A stretch of DNA of 48,866 nt, taken from positions 1-48,866 of IMG/VR virus record IMGVR_UViG_3300049170_000045; one strand, written 5' to 3'. Below the pieces are notes generated by a model. The model did not search any database and was not told the origin of the DNA. It worked only from the letters and a program-made list of their open reading frames with translations. This document shows, in pieces, positions 1-8,499 of this stretch. This DNA comes from a virus. Taxonomy: Duplodnaviria; Caudoviricetes. Every line of letters begins with the position of its first letter. The first letter of the stretch is position 1. Both the position numbers and the translations under genes were made by a program.

Positions 1-54
1 GGCCCAGACGTATCCGGGCGGGGGCGGGGTGGGGACCTTCGCAGGCCTGGGCAC
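1..54 (-). CDS. 5' fragment of the gene after cro (MPRPAKVPTPPPPGYVWA...), possibly an excisionase-type HTH protein; cut by the window edge
   Basis: GTG at 54 preceded by AAGGAG just after the cro stop; function inferred from position only. Confidence 0.4.
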   Translation of the reverse strand, partial: MPRPAKVPTPPPPGYVWA

Positions 55-66
55 GTCCGCTCCTTC

Positions 67-342
67 CTATGTAGGGGATGCTTCTGCGTCGCGGTGACAT
101 GATTCTGGTGACACGGGGGGCATAAAGAGCACCAGCACGGCGACACCGAGTGCCTCCGCGACGCGATGCGCTTCCATGACATCCAGGTCGGCGAGCTCAC
201 CTTTGGCCAAGCGGCCTATTTGCGAGCGGGAGACTCCGCTGGCTTCGGCGAGGGTTCGCACAGAGTGAGGGACGCCCCGACCTGGGGTTTTCATGGTTTT
301 TCTGAAGTACTCCAGATCCCTCAGGACGTAGCGCACTCTCAA
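67..342 (-). CDS. XRE-family HTH protein, Cro-like
   Basis: SVRTLAEASGVSRSQIGRLAKGE HTH followed by VAEALGV; divergent from the repressor-like gene. Confidence 0.8.
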   Translation of the reverse strand: MRVRYVLRDLEYFRKTMKTPGRGVPHSVRTLAEASGVSRSQIGRLAKGELADLDVMEAHRVAEALGVAVLVLFMPPVSPESCHRDAEASPT

Positions 343-381
343 TGGTTCCCCCCGGTTCAGAGGTGCCTTTCAACACCCTTG

Positions 382-414
382 AGTTAACCGTACCCATGTC
401 AGTCTGTCAACAGA
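382..414 (-). promoter_or_regulatory. Candidate leftward (cro) promoter with overlapping palindrome
   Basis: TTGACA at 410-405, 17-nt spacer, TTAACT; TCTGT-CA-ACAGA palindrome covers the -35 element. Confidence 0.45.
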
Positions 415-589
415 TTCATGTCAGAGGTGGGGCGACTCTCGGCAAAGTTCTTGGCTAGATAGCATTGATCTGTGGACGATGCGTCCCAGATCCGGAAAGG
501 TTGTAGCGACTGACCTGCTAATTTTCCGACGCACGCATCCCCGGATAGAGACAGTCGGTGCTGAAGTGCCACGAGAGGAAAACCAGGAC

Positions 590-1021
590 ATGACGGCTGC
601 GGCCACCGCCCCTGACCAAGGCACGGCCCACCCCACTCCGAACCGCGCCCTCTCCCGCCTCATCCAGGAGGTCAACGCCAAAGGCATCACCTTCCAGGAG
701 ATGGAAGACCGCGGCCTCAAGGAGACAGGCACCCGACTGCCGCGGCAGTGGTACCAGAAGCTGACGAAAAATCCGCCCGTGAACCCACCCTCACTCGCGC
801 AGATGAAAGTCATCGCAGCAGGTACCGGGAAGCCGCTGAGCCGCATCAAGGAAGCCGTCGCCGAGCAGTGGCTGGAGTACGAGGCCACAGAGCTCGCCGG
901 CTACGACGAAGAGGTCCGCATCATCGTCGGCCACCTCGCGGGCAAGTCGAAGGCGGACGTCCGGCGCTGGCGGATGATGATCGAGGCCGAGGAGCGGGCG
1001 CGCCGCGAGTCGGACGACTAG
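590..1021 (+). CDS. Putative immunity repressor (divergent XRE-like DNA-binding protein)
   Basis: ATG 590 with GAGAGG upstream; helical HTH-like segment ITFQEMEDRG...IAAGTGKPLSRIKEA; lies between cro and int. Confidence 0.6.
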   Translation: MTAAATAPDQGTAHPTPNRALSRLIQEVNAKGITFQEMEDRGLKETGTRLPRQWYQKLTKNPPVNPPSLAQMKVIAAGTGKPLSRIKEAVAEQWLEYEATELAGYDEEVRIIVGHLAGKSKADVRRWRMMIEAEERARRESDD

Positions 1022-1052
1022 CACACCTAACCCCGCTGTCCAGACATCGGAT

Positions 1053-1080
1053 CGGGAATGTCCGTAAGTAGACATTCCCG
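1053..1080. promoter_or_regulatory. 10-bp inverted repeat (operator or terminator)
   Basis: CGGGAATGTC-N8-GACATTCCCG between the repressor and the next gene. Confidence 0.5.
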
Positions 1081-1178
1081 TAACCGATTGTCGGCGGCAA
1101 GCAGCAGTCGTACTCTTCCACAACCGTGCACTTTCGGCCGCTCGTGGCCTAGGTGCACCGATTTGCGGGGAGGGCGTC

Positions 1179-1610
1179 ATGCTGCGAGTCGTGTACGAAG
1201 CCGTTGACAGCATCGAGGGTGGCAAGCTCGCTGACATCAGCGAGCAGCGCGGCGGAACGCGAGTGCGCGTCGCCAGAGGGCAAGACGTCCAGGGCTACGC
1301 GCGCGCCCTGAACGAAGAGATGTCCCGCTTCCTGGACCAGTCCAGCTGGTTCCAGCTGTGGCGCGACGAGGTCATATCCCGTAGCGGCGGCACGATTCAG
1401 CTGGACGTGATCTTCACCATTCACGACCTGCCTCCCGGCGCCTTCGTCGCCATCCAGGAGTCCAAGGGGCTCGTCGACATCCGCATCGAACGCAGCGCCA
1501 CCGTCGACCAGTTCGTGGCCTCTGCCAACCCGACCATCAAGCAGTTCCTCGCCGGGAAACAGTGGTTCCAGTTGTGGGAGGGCGAGATCGTCGACATGGA
1601 CTCGCACTAG
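1179..1610 (+). CDS. Hypothetical protein with an internally duplicated ~70-aa domain
   Basis: GGGAGG RBS; the halves end FLDQSSWFQLWRDEVI and FLAGKQWFQLWEGEIV. Confidence 0.8.
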   Translation: MLRVVYEAVDSIEGGKLADISEQRGGTRVRVARGQDVQGYARALNEEMSRFLDQSSWFQLWRDEVISRSGGTIQLDVIFTIHDLPPGAFVAIQESKGLVDIRIERSATVDQFVASANPTIKQFLAGKQWFQLWEGEIVDMDSH

Positions 1611-1620
1611 GGGGACGGCG

Positions 1621-2982
1621 ATGCCCGGATACATCGAGGACCGGTGGTACAAGAAGGGGGCCGACGGGAAGCGGAACGTTCCCACCGATCGGCACGGGCA
1701 GGGCAAGCGGTACAAGGTCACCGGCATCCCCGGTGTGCGCTCCCGGTCCTTCCCTGACGGCAAGCTGGCCGTGGCGAAGAAGTGGCTCGCTGACGCTCAG
1801 ACCGACAGTGGCCGGGGCGAATGGTATGACCCACGTGCCGGGTCCATCACCCTCGACGAGTACGTGCGCAAGCACTGGTGGCCGCACGTGCGCTACCCGC
1901 CGACCACCAAGGCCTCCGTGAAGTCGAGGGTGTTCAACCACATTCTGCCGCACATCGGCGGCCAGCCCCTCAACCGCATCGGCTTCGAAGAGATCGGGGC
2001 GTGGGTGACGCGGGCGGAGGAGAATATCGACGTAGGAACGCTGTCTGTGACGTGGACACACTTCGCCACGATCATGCAGGCTGCCCACAAGGCGAAGCGC
2101 ATCCCGTTGAACCCGTTTCGTGACGAGGACCTGAAGGCGCCGAGGGTCCCGGAGTCGAAGGCTCTCGCCTGGAGCCAGGACACGGTTGCCGCGGTACGGG
2201 CCGCGCTGGACGAGCGGTACCGCATCCTCGTGACGCTGACGGGTGCGGCCGGCCTCCGCCAAGGGGAGGCGTTCGCGTTCTCGCCGGACGACATTGACGG
2301 CGACGACCTGGTCATCAAACGGCAGATCGTCAAGGTGTCGGGCCATTTCGCGTTCTCGCCGCCCAAGCGGCGGAAGGAACGCCGCGCCCCGTGCCCGCCT
2401 GAGTTGGCGGAGGCCATCCGCCTGTACATGAAGGAGTTTCCCCCGGTCGAGGTGACCTTGCCGTGGGTGGACCCGGACCGGCCCAATCTGTCGTGGGAGG
2501 ATCGCCCGGTGCGGACGGTGCGCTTGCTCGTCACCACGCGCCACGCCGACAGCGTCCGAGGCGGGGCCCTCAGCCGGGATACGTTCAACGAGTGCCAGTG
2601 GAAGCCGGCTCTGCGGGACGCCGGGCTTATTCCAGCCCCAGAGGTCGAGTGGGTGGAGCCGAAGCGCGGCGGGAAGCCCTGGCGGCGGGAGAAGTGGAGC
2701 ATGCCGCGAGAGTTCGGCTTCCACGTGCTGAGGCACACTTTCGCTAGCGTGGTCCTGGCGGAGGGTGAGACGATTACGAAGCTGGCCGAGTGGCTGGGAC
2801 ACAGTGATCCGGCGTTCACGCTGCGGACCTACGTGCACTTCATGCCGAAGGCGGGGAACCGTGCGCGGGCGGCGTTGGGGAGTTTCATCTCCGAGCCTCC
2901 TGCCGACGCGGACTCCCCGGAAGGCGCTTCTGAAATAGATCTCCCCAAATCCTCCCCAGAGATCATCGAGGGTGATGCGTGA
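1621..2982 (+). CDS. int: Tyrosine integrase
   Basis: AGLRQGE (Arg), HVLRHTFAS (HxxR), LGH and TLRTYVH (catalytic Tyr); N-terminal arm-binding region. Confidence 0.95.
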   Translation: MPGYIEDRWYKKGADGKRNVPTDRHGQGKRYKVTGIPGVRSRSFPDGKLAVAKKWLADAQTDSGRGEWYDPRAGSITLDEYVRKHWWPHVRYPPTTKASVKSRVFNHILPHIGGQPLNRIGFEEIGAWVTRAEENIDVGTLSVTWTHFATIMQAAHKAKRIPLNPFRDEDLKAPRVPESKALAWSQDTVAAVRAALDERYRILVTLTGAAGLRQGEAFAFSPDDIDGDDLVIKRQIVKVSGHFAFSPPKRRKERRAPCPPELAEAIRLYMKEFPPVEVTLPWVDPDRPNLSWEDRPVRTVRLLVTTRHADSVRGGALSRDTFNECQWKPALRDAGLIPAPEVEWVEPKRGGKPWRREKWSMPREFGFHVLRHTFASVVLAEGETITKLAEWLGHSDPAFTLRTYVHFMPKAGNRARAALGSFISEPPADADSPEGASEIDLPKSSPEIIEGDA

Positions 2983-3311
2983 TGGACCCGCACGAGAGGG
3001 CCGGCGGACCCATCACTGGTCGTGCTTCTCTTCTTTTCCCAGCTCAGGGAGTTCAGGGAGTGGCGACTGTGGGCCGTGGCGCGGTCGTCATCCCGCTCCC
3101 GATGTGGAAGCTCGGGTGCGGTGGTTGGTTGTAGGCGGTGTTCTGCCAGGCCAGGGCGGTGCGGTACTGGGTGTCCTGGAGATCAACTCCCCAGTGGGCC
3201 CTGACCAGCGACTTTCGAGTTCCTTTGAAGTCCTGCGTGTTCCCTTGACCTAACATCCCACCCCTCCCCATTCACTCCCCAGGGCGCTACGCTCCCCAGA
3301 TCCTCCCCAGC
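2941..3311. other. Putative attP with arm-type integrase binding repeats
   Basis: CTCCCCAAATCCTCCCCAGA (2941-2960) vs CTCCCCAGATCCTCCCCAGC (3292-3311); more CTCCCCA at about 3187, 3264 and 3275; directly after int. Confidence 0.65.
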
Positions 3312-3348
3312 AGATAGGTGCTTGCCCGCCCTCTAGGCGAGCGAGCAC

Positions 3349-3624
3349 CTAGCTCAGCGCTTCGCCGGCGTGTCCCGGCTCATACTTCACCCCGGCCTTG
3401 CGCGCGGCTTCTTCCCGTCTGGCTTCCATGGTGATGATGCAGTCCTGACAGGCGCGGACCTGGTACTCGCCGTTCGCGCGAGGGCGGATCGTTTTGACCA
3501 CCGTGGTTGCCATTTCGCCGAGGCTCGGATGGCGGAAGCAGGCGCCCTGATCCCAGTCGTAGAGGGCGAGGAGCTTCTCGCGGTCCATGTCCGTCTCCCG
3601 ATGGATCGGTTGGGGGGTGTGCAT
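3349..3624 (-). CDS. Small hypothetical protein with CFRH...CxxC (start uncertain)
   Basis: ORF track 3349..3693; LYDWDQGACFRHP...RACQDC. Confidence 0.6.
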   Translation of the reverse strand: MHTPQPIHRETDMDREKLLALYDWDQGACFRHPSLGEMATTVVKTIRPRANGEYQVRACQDCIITMEARREEAARKAGVKYEPGHAGEALS

Positions 3625-3694
3625 GTCGGGGTGATGGGCTAGTTCCCCGCCAGCCTCCTGAGAAGCGCAGGCGGGGTCGCGTTCACCAGGCACG

Positions 3695-3710
3695 GCGAAC
3701 GCGTATTCGA
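3695..3710. promoter_or_regulatory. LexA (SOS) box candidate
   Basis: Minus strand TCGAAT-ACGC-GTTCGC, close to the actinobacterial TCGAAC-N4-GTTCGA consensus. Confidence 0.55.
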
Positions 3711-3894
3711 ATTGATCAAACTACCTCTTGCCCTGCGGCATATGCCAGGGCCGCAGGGTCGGCGAGGCTGCGCATGGACAGGCGCGGAGTCCGAGCACCT
3801 AGGGAGCGCCAAGTGCCTGGCACTCAATGCATGATCAAATAATGCCGCAAATCTGCTGCTGACTTATGATCATGGTCGGTAAACGGTTGAGCGC

Positions 3895-4113
3895 GTGCCA
3901 CCCGCCGACCAACAGCAATGGATCACCGACGCCCTCAGGGCGACCGGCGACCGCATCCGCGTCCGGCGACTGCACGAGAACATGACCCAGGAGAGCCTCG
4001 CCCACCTTGCGGGCATCGACCGGTCGACCCTCCAGCGCATGGAGGCCGGCAAGGAGATGAAGCTCAGCCATCTCCTTCGAGTCGCGCATCCACGTCACTG
4101 ACCTCCTCCACTG
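3895..4113 (+). pseudogene. XRE HTH regulator with a probable C-terminal frameshift
   Basis: MTQESLAHLAGIDRSTLQRMEAG; ends early at VAHPRH*, while the expected tail IHVTDLLH* is in another frame. Confidence 0.6.
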
Positions 4114-4332
4114 AAGCCCAAGAGGTGTCAGTCGCGCTTGGGGGCGCAGCGACTGGGTGTTGATGTTCAGCATTGAAGTGCATATATCTGCCGCGCGGAA
4201 GGAGTCTGCGGGACATATGCCAGCGTTCGCTTCACACGGGGTGCGAATTGATCACTCCTGGTAGAAGTGCTGGCCAGGGCCGGAAACGGGCTGTGCCTGA
4301 CTGATCACCTACGCGATCCAGCGTGGGGCCGC

Positions 4333-4584
4333 CTACGCGCCCGCCACTCTCCGGACCGCCTCCCCGGCGAGGTGCTCCCAGCGGCCACGCAGGGTGCCCG
4401 CGGTCACGCACGGGCCGGCGTCAATGTCGCGACAGGTATCGCACGCCAGCTGATGGCAGGCCCAGGCGCCGTAGGCCTCCTGGACCGGCGAAAGGCCACC
4501 ACGACCCACGATCGGTCGCGGCCTATCCGTTTCGGGTGGCGGGTTCGTAGGCTCGTCCACGTCGACGGCTCCTTCGTCGGCCAT
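4333..4584 (-). CDS. Small Cys/His protein (H-x3-CxxC...C)
   Basis: HQLACDTCR...GPC; divergent from GntR. Confidence 0.55.
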   Translation of the reverse strand: MADEGAVDVDEPTNPPPETDRPRPIVGRGGLSPVQEAYGAWACHQLACDTCRDIDAGPCVTAGTLRGRWEHLAGEAVRRVAGA

Positions 4585-4622
4585 GCCCCCGGGCCGGTCA
4601 CGCGGTCGCGGGGGTACTGTCG

Positions 4623-4677
4623 CCGCAGGTCTACTGCGGTCTACCGCACTGTACTGCGGTCGCGCAGTGTACTGCGG
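4623..4677. promoter_or_regulatory. Three palindromic operator-like repeats
   Basis: TACTGCGG at 4632, 4652 and 4670, each preceded by (C)CGCA, forming imperfect palindromes. Confidence 0.6.
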
Positions 4678-4695
4678 CTATCTAGCGTCAACTCC

Positions 4696-4938
4696 GTGAG
4701 CATTGATCTTGACCGGACGAGGCCGATCTGGCGGCAGGTGGCCGCTGTCATCGTGGAGCGCATCGAGGACGGCACTTACCCGGCGGGCGCGCGGGTGCCC
4801 TCGGTCGTGGACCTCTCGGCCGAGTTCGGAGTGGCCGCATCGACGGCACAGAAGGTGCTCGCTCACCTGAAATCGGAGGGCCTGGTGCGGGCCGAGGTCG
4901 GGCTGGGCACCTTCGTTGAGGATCGCGCCGGCGACTGA
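4696..4938 (+). CDS. Stand-alone GntR-family winged-HTH protein (probably leaderless)
   Basis: PIWRQVAAVIVERIEDGTYPAGARVPSVVDLSAEFGVA...GLGTFV; TAGCGT -10 element 7 nt before GTG. Confidence 0.88.
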   Translation: MSIDLDRTRPIWRQVAAVIVERIEDGTYPAGARVPSVVDLSAEFGVAASTAQKVLAHLKSEGLVRAEVGLGTFVEDRAGD

Positions 4939-4971
4939 CGATTGTCGTACCCGCCGCCTAGAATCGCGGCC

Positions 4972-5166
4972 ATGATCCCCACTCCCCCGCCCTCCGGTTC
5001 CCTGCGGTCCGCCGCTGTGGTGAACCAGGAGATCCGGGAGCTTCTCATCGAGACGGGCGGCTGGCTGTACGGGCCGTCGCGGGCCCGGTATGAGGTGCTG
5101 GTCGCGGAGTGGACGCGGGCCGAGCAGGCGGAGTCGCTGCGCGATGGGATCGTGCAGGCGGCGTAG
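4972..5166 (+). CDS. Small hypothetical protein (probably leaderless)
   Basis: TAGAAT 7 nt before ATG; RSAAVVNQEIR...YEVLVAEW. Confidence 0.65.
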   Translation: MIPTPPPSGSLRSAAVVNQEIRELLIETGGWLYGPSRARYEVLVAEWTRAEQAESLRDGIVQAA

Positions 5167-5175
5167 CATCCTGCG

Positions 5176-5379
5176 GTGGCTATCGAACTCCCCGATGATC
5201 TGATCGCGCTGGAACGTTCCGCCTGGACTGAGATCCAGGCCGGGGCGCTGACCGTGGAAACCGCGCAGGCCGTGCAGGGGCGGATCACGGCGTTCGCCTC
5301 GGAGTCCGGGGAGTCGCGACTCGCCGTCGAGACCGAGCTGAAGAAGCAGGTACGGCACCCGGAACCTGAGGCGTCCTGA
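5176..5379 (+). CDS. Small hypothetical protein (probably leaderless)
   Basis: TAGCAT 6 nt before GTG; helical 67-aa ORF with GC3-biased codons. Confidence 0.65.
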   Translation: MAIELPDDLIALERSAWTEIQAGALTVETAQAVQGRITAFASESGESRLAVETELKKQVRHPEPEAS

Positions 5380-5433
5380 CCTGACTCACCGGCCAGGACG
5401 GCTCATGACGCAGAGCACCCGCCCTGGCGGCAC

Positions 5434-5574
5434 TCACGCCAGCGCCTCCCACCACAGCCACGCGATGCCGCCGACCATGCCGAGCCCGCTCGCGATCCAC
5501 ACGGTGACCATGAACGCCTGGAAGAGCCCGTATCCGACGCCGTACCAATGCCAGTACTGCCGCCAAGCGTTCAC
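5434..5574 (-). CDS. 46-aa Trp-rich membrane peptide (not in ORF track)
   Basis: GGAGG RBS then GTG; MNAWRQYWHWYGVGYGLFQAFMVTVWIASGLGMVGGIAWLWWEALA. Confidence 0.6.
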   Translation of the reverse strand: MNAWRQYWHWYGVGYGLFQAFMVTVWIASGLGMVGGIAWLWWEALA

Positions 5575-5708
5575 GGTGCCCTCCAGGATCCGAGCACCCC
5601 ACCTCCTGCATCAGGGAGGTGGGGCGGCAGCGCTGCAGCCACAGCGCGGATAGATGACCTCAGGCTAGCGGCGAGCACCGACAACGGCGGGTCATCGCCG
5701 TCCGTCGC

Positions 5709-6608
5709 TCAAGCTCCGCGCTTCTTCGCTGTCACCTTCTTCGCCGGGGTCTTCTTGGCGGTCGTCTTCTTCGCTGTTTTCCTCGGCTTCATCTCGTGCA
5801 CTGTCGCCTCCCCGCCGACCTCGCCGCGGCCCTCCTGCGCACGCTGCACCGACTGCTCCAGCGCGGCCATGAGGTCCACGACCTTCCCGGCCGGCTCCTC
5901 ATCGGGCGCCCGCGGCGGCCGCTTGCCCTCGGCCTTGGCGTGTATGACTTCCTCCAAGGCCGCCGTGTAGCGGTCGGTGGCCCAGTCCTGGCCGGTGATG
6001 TCGTCGACGGTCATGGATTCGATGAGGAGGGTGGCCTGCTGGATCTCTTCTTCGGTCAGGTCCATCGGTGCGGGCGTGATCGAGTCTGGGCTGCGGACCT
6101 CGTCGCCCCACTTCATGGCGTGCAGGATGATGACGTCGTCGCGGACACGTAGGAGGCCGAGGCGTTCGCGACCGTGCCAGGCGAACTTGGCGATGGCGAC
6201 CTTGCTGTTGCGGGCGAGGGCTTTGCGGAGCAGCGTGTAGGGCTTAGCGGATACCTGGCCGTCGCCCTGGAGGTAGTAGCCGTCGCTGATCCGCACGGGG
6301 TCGATCGACTCGGCGGGGACGAACGCAACGATCTCGATCGCCTTCGCGGTGGGGAGCGGTATGTCGTCCAGCTCCTGGTCGGCGATGGCGACGACCGTGT
6401 CCTTGTTGACCTCGTAGCCCTTGCCGATCTCCGCGTTCGTGACTTCGCGGTCTTCCAGCTCGCAGATCTTCTTGGTGCGGACTCGGCCCATGTCCTCCAG
6501 GTGGTACTGGTGGAAGCGGATCGAGTGGTTCTCGGTCGCGGGGAGCACTTTGATCGGGATGGTGACCAGGCCGAAGCTGATGGCGCCGGACCAGACGGGG
6601 CGGGGCAT
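5709..6608 (-). CDS. ku: Ku DNA end-binding protein (NHEJ)
   Basis: MPRPVWSGAISFGLVTIPIK N-terminus, KGYE, VVDLMAALEQS, basic AKK-rich tail. Confidence 0.95.
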   Translation of the reverse strand: MPRPVWSGAISFGLVTIPIKVLPATENHSIRFHQYHLEDMGRVRTKKICELEDREVTNAEIGKGYEVNKDTVVAIADQELDDIPLPTAKAIEIVAFVPAESIDPVRISDGYYLQGDGQVSAKPYTLLRKALARNSKVAIAKFAWHGRERLGLLRVRDDVIILHAMKWGDEVRSPDSITPAPMDLTEEEIQQATLLIESMTVDDITGQDWATDRYTAALEEVIHAKAEGKRPPRAPDEEPAGKVVDLMAALEQSVQRAQEGRGEVGGEATVHEMKPRKTAKKTTAKKTPAKKVTAKKRGA

Positions 6609-6705
6609 GGCGGTACCTCCATGGACGGGCCCGAGAAGGCCAGCCTAGGAAGGGATGCCACAGGCCGCACGCCCGCCCGTGCCCGCAGGCTGAAGCGGCT
6701 TACAC

Positions 6706-6721
6706 TCGAACATGTGAACGA
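6706..6721 (+). promoter_or_regulatory. LexA (SOS) box candidate overlapping a -10 element and a GTG
   Basis: TCGAAC-ATGT-GAACGA; TACACT at 6701-6706, GTG at 6714. Confidence 0.6.
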
Positions 6722-6860
6722 CCGAGCTCCGCTTACCCACCTTGACCTGCTGCGCTTCCTGGAACGCGTACAGATCGGCGACCTGGAGCGCACCCGCCGC
6801 GGTCGGCCGGATGGGCGAGCGCCGCGGGCGTTCATCTCCGACCACCGGCAGGCTGGCCTT

Positions 6861-7076
6861 ATGGCTTCTGAGCGCCCGGTCGTCGTGTACCCGCCCGATG
6901 AAGACGGTGGCCGGCGCGTGCGCGTCGACGGACAGATCTCCGGGCGGGCGTACAGCGTCCGCGACATCGCGGCATTCCTACAGGAGGCCGGGCTGCAGGA
7001 GTACGACGAGATGGACGTGGTCCGCTCGTCGCTCATCGAATGGCGCGGGGGCGGAGCGGACGTGTGGGTGCAGTGA
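6861..7076 (+). CDS. Small hypothetical protein (VVVYPPDEDGGRRV...IEWRGGG)
   Basis: C-terminal part of ORF 6174..7076 has clean codon bias; may instead start at GTG 6714 in the same frame. Confidence 0.65.
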   Translation: MASERPVVVYPPDEDGGRRVRVDGQISGRAYSVRDIAAFLQEAGLQEYDEMDVVRSSLIEWRGGGADVWVQ

Positions 7077-7208
7077 GCCTACGGTATCCGGCTGCTGTCA
7101 ACCGGGGTCCCCTGCAGGTCACAGAAGTGTCACCCAGCACCCAAACCGTCCACGCACCCCGCGCAACCGGAATAGCTTCGAGCCCTTTCCATCCTTGAGG
7201 GGGGCATC

Positions 7209-7676
7209 GTGGCCAATCCGTATCCCGCACCGCCAGCAGGTCGATCTGCGCCGAAGTGGGCGCGCAAACGCTTCGTAATCCCAGGCGTCGGCCTGGCCTT
7301 CTTCATCGGTCTGGCAGCAGGGCTCGGCGACGACGGCAGCACCACAACCAAGGCCGCAGCGAAGGAGGCGCGGCCGACTGCCACAGTTACAGCAACCGCC
7401 ACCAAGACGATCAAGCCGAAGCCTGCGCCCACAGTCACCAAGACCGTCAAGGCGACGAAGACCGTGAAGGTCACCGTTACCCCACGCCCCCAACCCGCAG
7501 CAGGCTCCGACGACACCAGCTCTGGCTCTGGCAGCAGCGACACGGGCAGCAGCGCCACCTACTACGGGAACTGCACGGAAGCCCGCGCCGCTGGCGCCGC
7601 ACCCATCCACCGCGGCCAACCCGGATACGGCCGCCACCTCGACCGAGACGGGGACGGCGTCGGCTGCGACACCTGA
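7209..7676 (+). CDS. Membrane-anchored Excalibur calcium-binding domain protein
   Basis: N-terminal TM, Thr-rich stalk, YYGNCTEARAAGAAPI...YGRHLDRDGDGVGCD. Confidence 0.9.
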   Translation: MANPYPAPPAGRSAPKWARKRFVIPGVGLAFFIGLAAGLGDDGSTTTKAAAKEARPTATVTATATKTIKPKPAPTVTKTVKATKTVKVTVTPRPQPAAGSDDTSSGSGSSDTGSSATYYGNCTEARAAGAAPIHRGQPGYGRHLDRDGDGVGCDT

Positions 7677-7691
7677 CCCCAGCAGTTGCAA

Positions 7692-7720
7692 GCCCGCCGC
7701 GACGGGGGGACGCGGCGGGC
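7692..7720 (+). terminator. Stem-loop after the Excalibur gene
   Basis: GCCCGCCGCG-N9-CGCGGCGGGC. Confidence 0.6.
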
Positions 7721-7929
7721 CTGCACCAGTCTGGCACTACTGCTTCCCTGGACGGGCGCCTTCCGTCTAGTGATCTGGTGGCAACCGCAGTCCGCAACCG
7801 CCCTCGGAGTCCTTCGGGACGCTCGGTAGCCACACCTGAAATCGGAGGGGACATGAGCGACGCCGCCTGGGGGTGACCCCATACACCACCACATTCCCGG
7901 GGCCAGACGGCGCGGGGGCATTGACGTGC

Positions 7930-8499
7930 TCAGGGAACCCCCCGTGACGCGCTGACCGTCACGTCGCGGAGGATGGCAGCCTTGGTGCCTGTGCTCAGCA
8001 CGCTGGCGTGGAGGCGAGCTTTCCTGGTCGACTCCCACAGCAGGTCTTTGATCCGCTGTATCGCCACGTCGTCCGGCAAGTCGGGGTCAGCCTCCAGCTC
8101 TGCGAGCAACGTCGCGAACTCCGGAACCTGCTTGAGTGCCGTGTACCAGTCTGCGAAGTCCTCGATTTCCTTGCTGCCGCGCTCCGGACGTTCCGCGACC
8201 CAGCGGGCCATCTCGCTCGGGTCTGGCCAGTCCGGCGAGTCGCCGTGGCAGGGAGCGCACAGCAGAATGACGTTCGAGGCGTTATCGGAGCCGCCGAGAC
8301 TGGAGGGGACGATGTGGGCCCGCTCCAACGTGGCTCGCTCCCAGCTCATCCTCGCGGTCGCCTTCATCCAGCGTTCCGAGTGCCAGCCGCACGCGAAGCA
8401 GCACGGTGAGCTGAGGTCTTGGAGCAGCGGGGCGAACTGCTCTTGGTTCGCGCTGGCGATCCAGTGCTCAGCGAGCTGCCATTTCGTGGGGACGCTCAC
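7930..8499 (-). CDS. HNH endonuclease
   Basis: CFACG...RAHIVPSSLGGSDNASNVILLCAPCH; GTGA overlap with the resolvase stop. Confidence 0.85.
   Translation of the reverse strand: MSVPTKWQLAEHWIASANQEQFAPLLQDLSSPCCFACGWHSERWMKATARMSWERATLERAHIVPSSLGGSDNASNVILLCAPCHGDSPDWPDPSEMARWVAERPERGSKEIEDFADWYTALKQVPEFATLLAELEADPDLPDDVAIQRIKDLLWESTRKARLHASVLSTGTKAAILRDVTVSASRGVP

Noticed and set aside
3205-3235. TTCGAGTTCC as a tRNA T-loop att core
   Set aside because: No flanking T-stem, acceptor stem or CCA; no tRNA gene could be supported anywhere in the window.
4267-4695. N-terminal extension of the GntR ORF (likewise 6174..6713, 11790..12956 upstream part, 23690..23950)
   Set aside because: Extensions overlap other genes or operators; better starts with an RBS or -10 element lie downstream.
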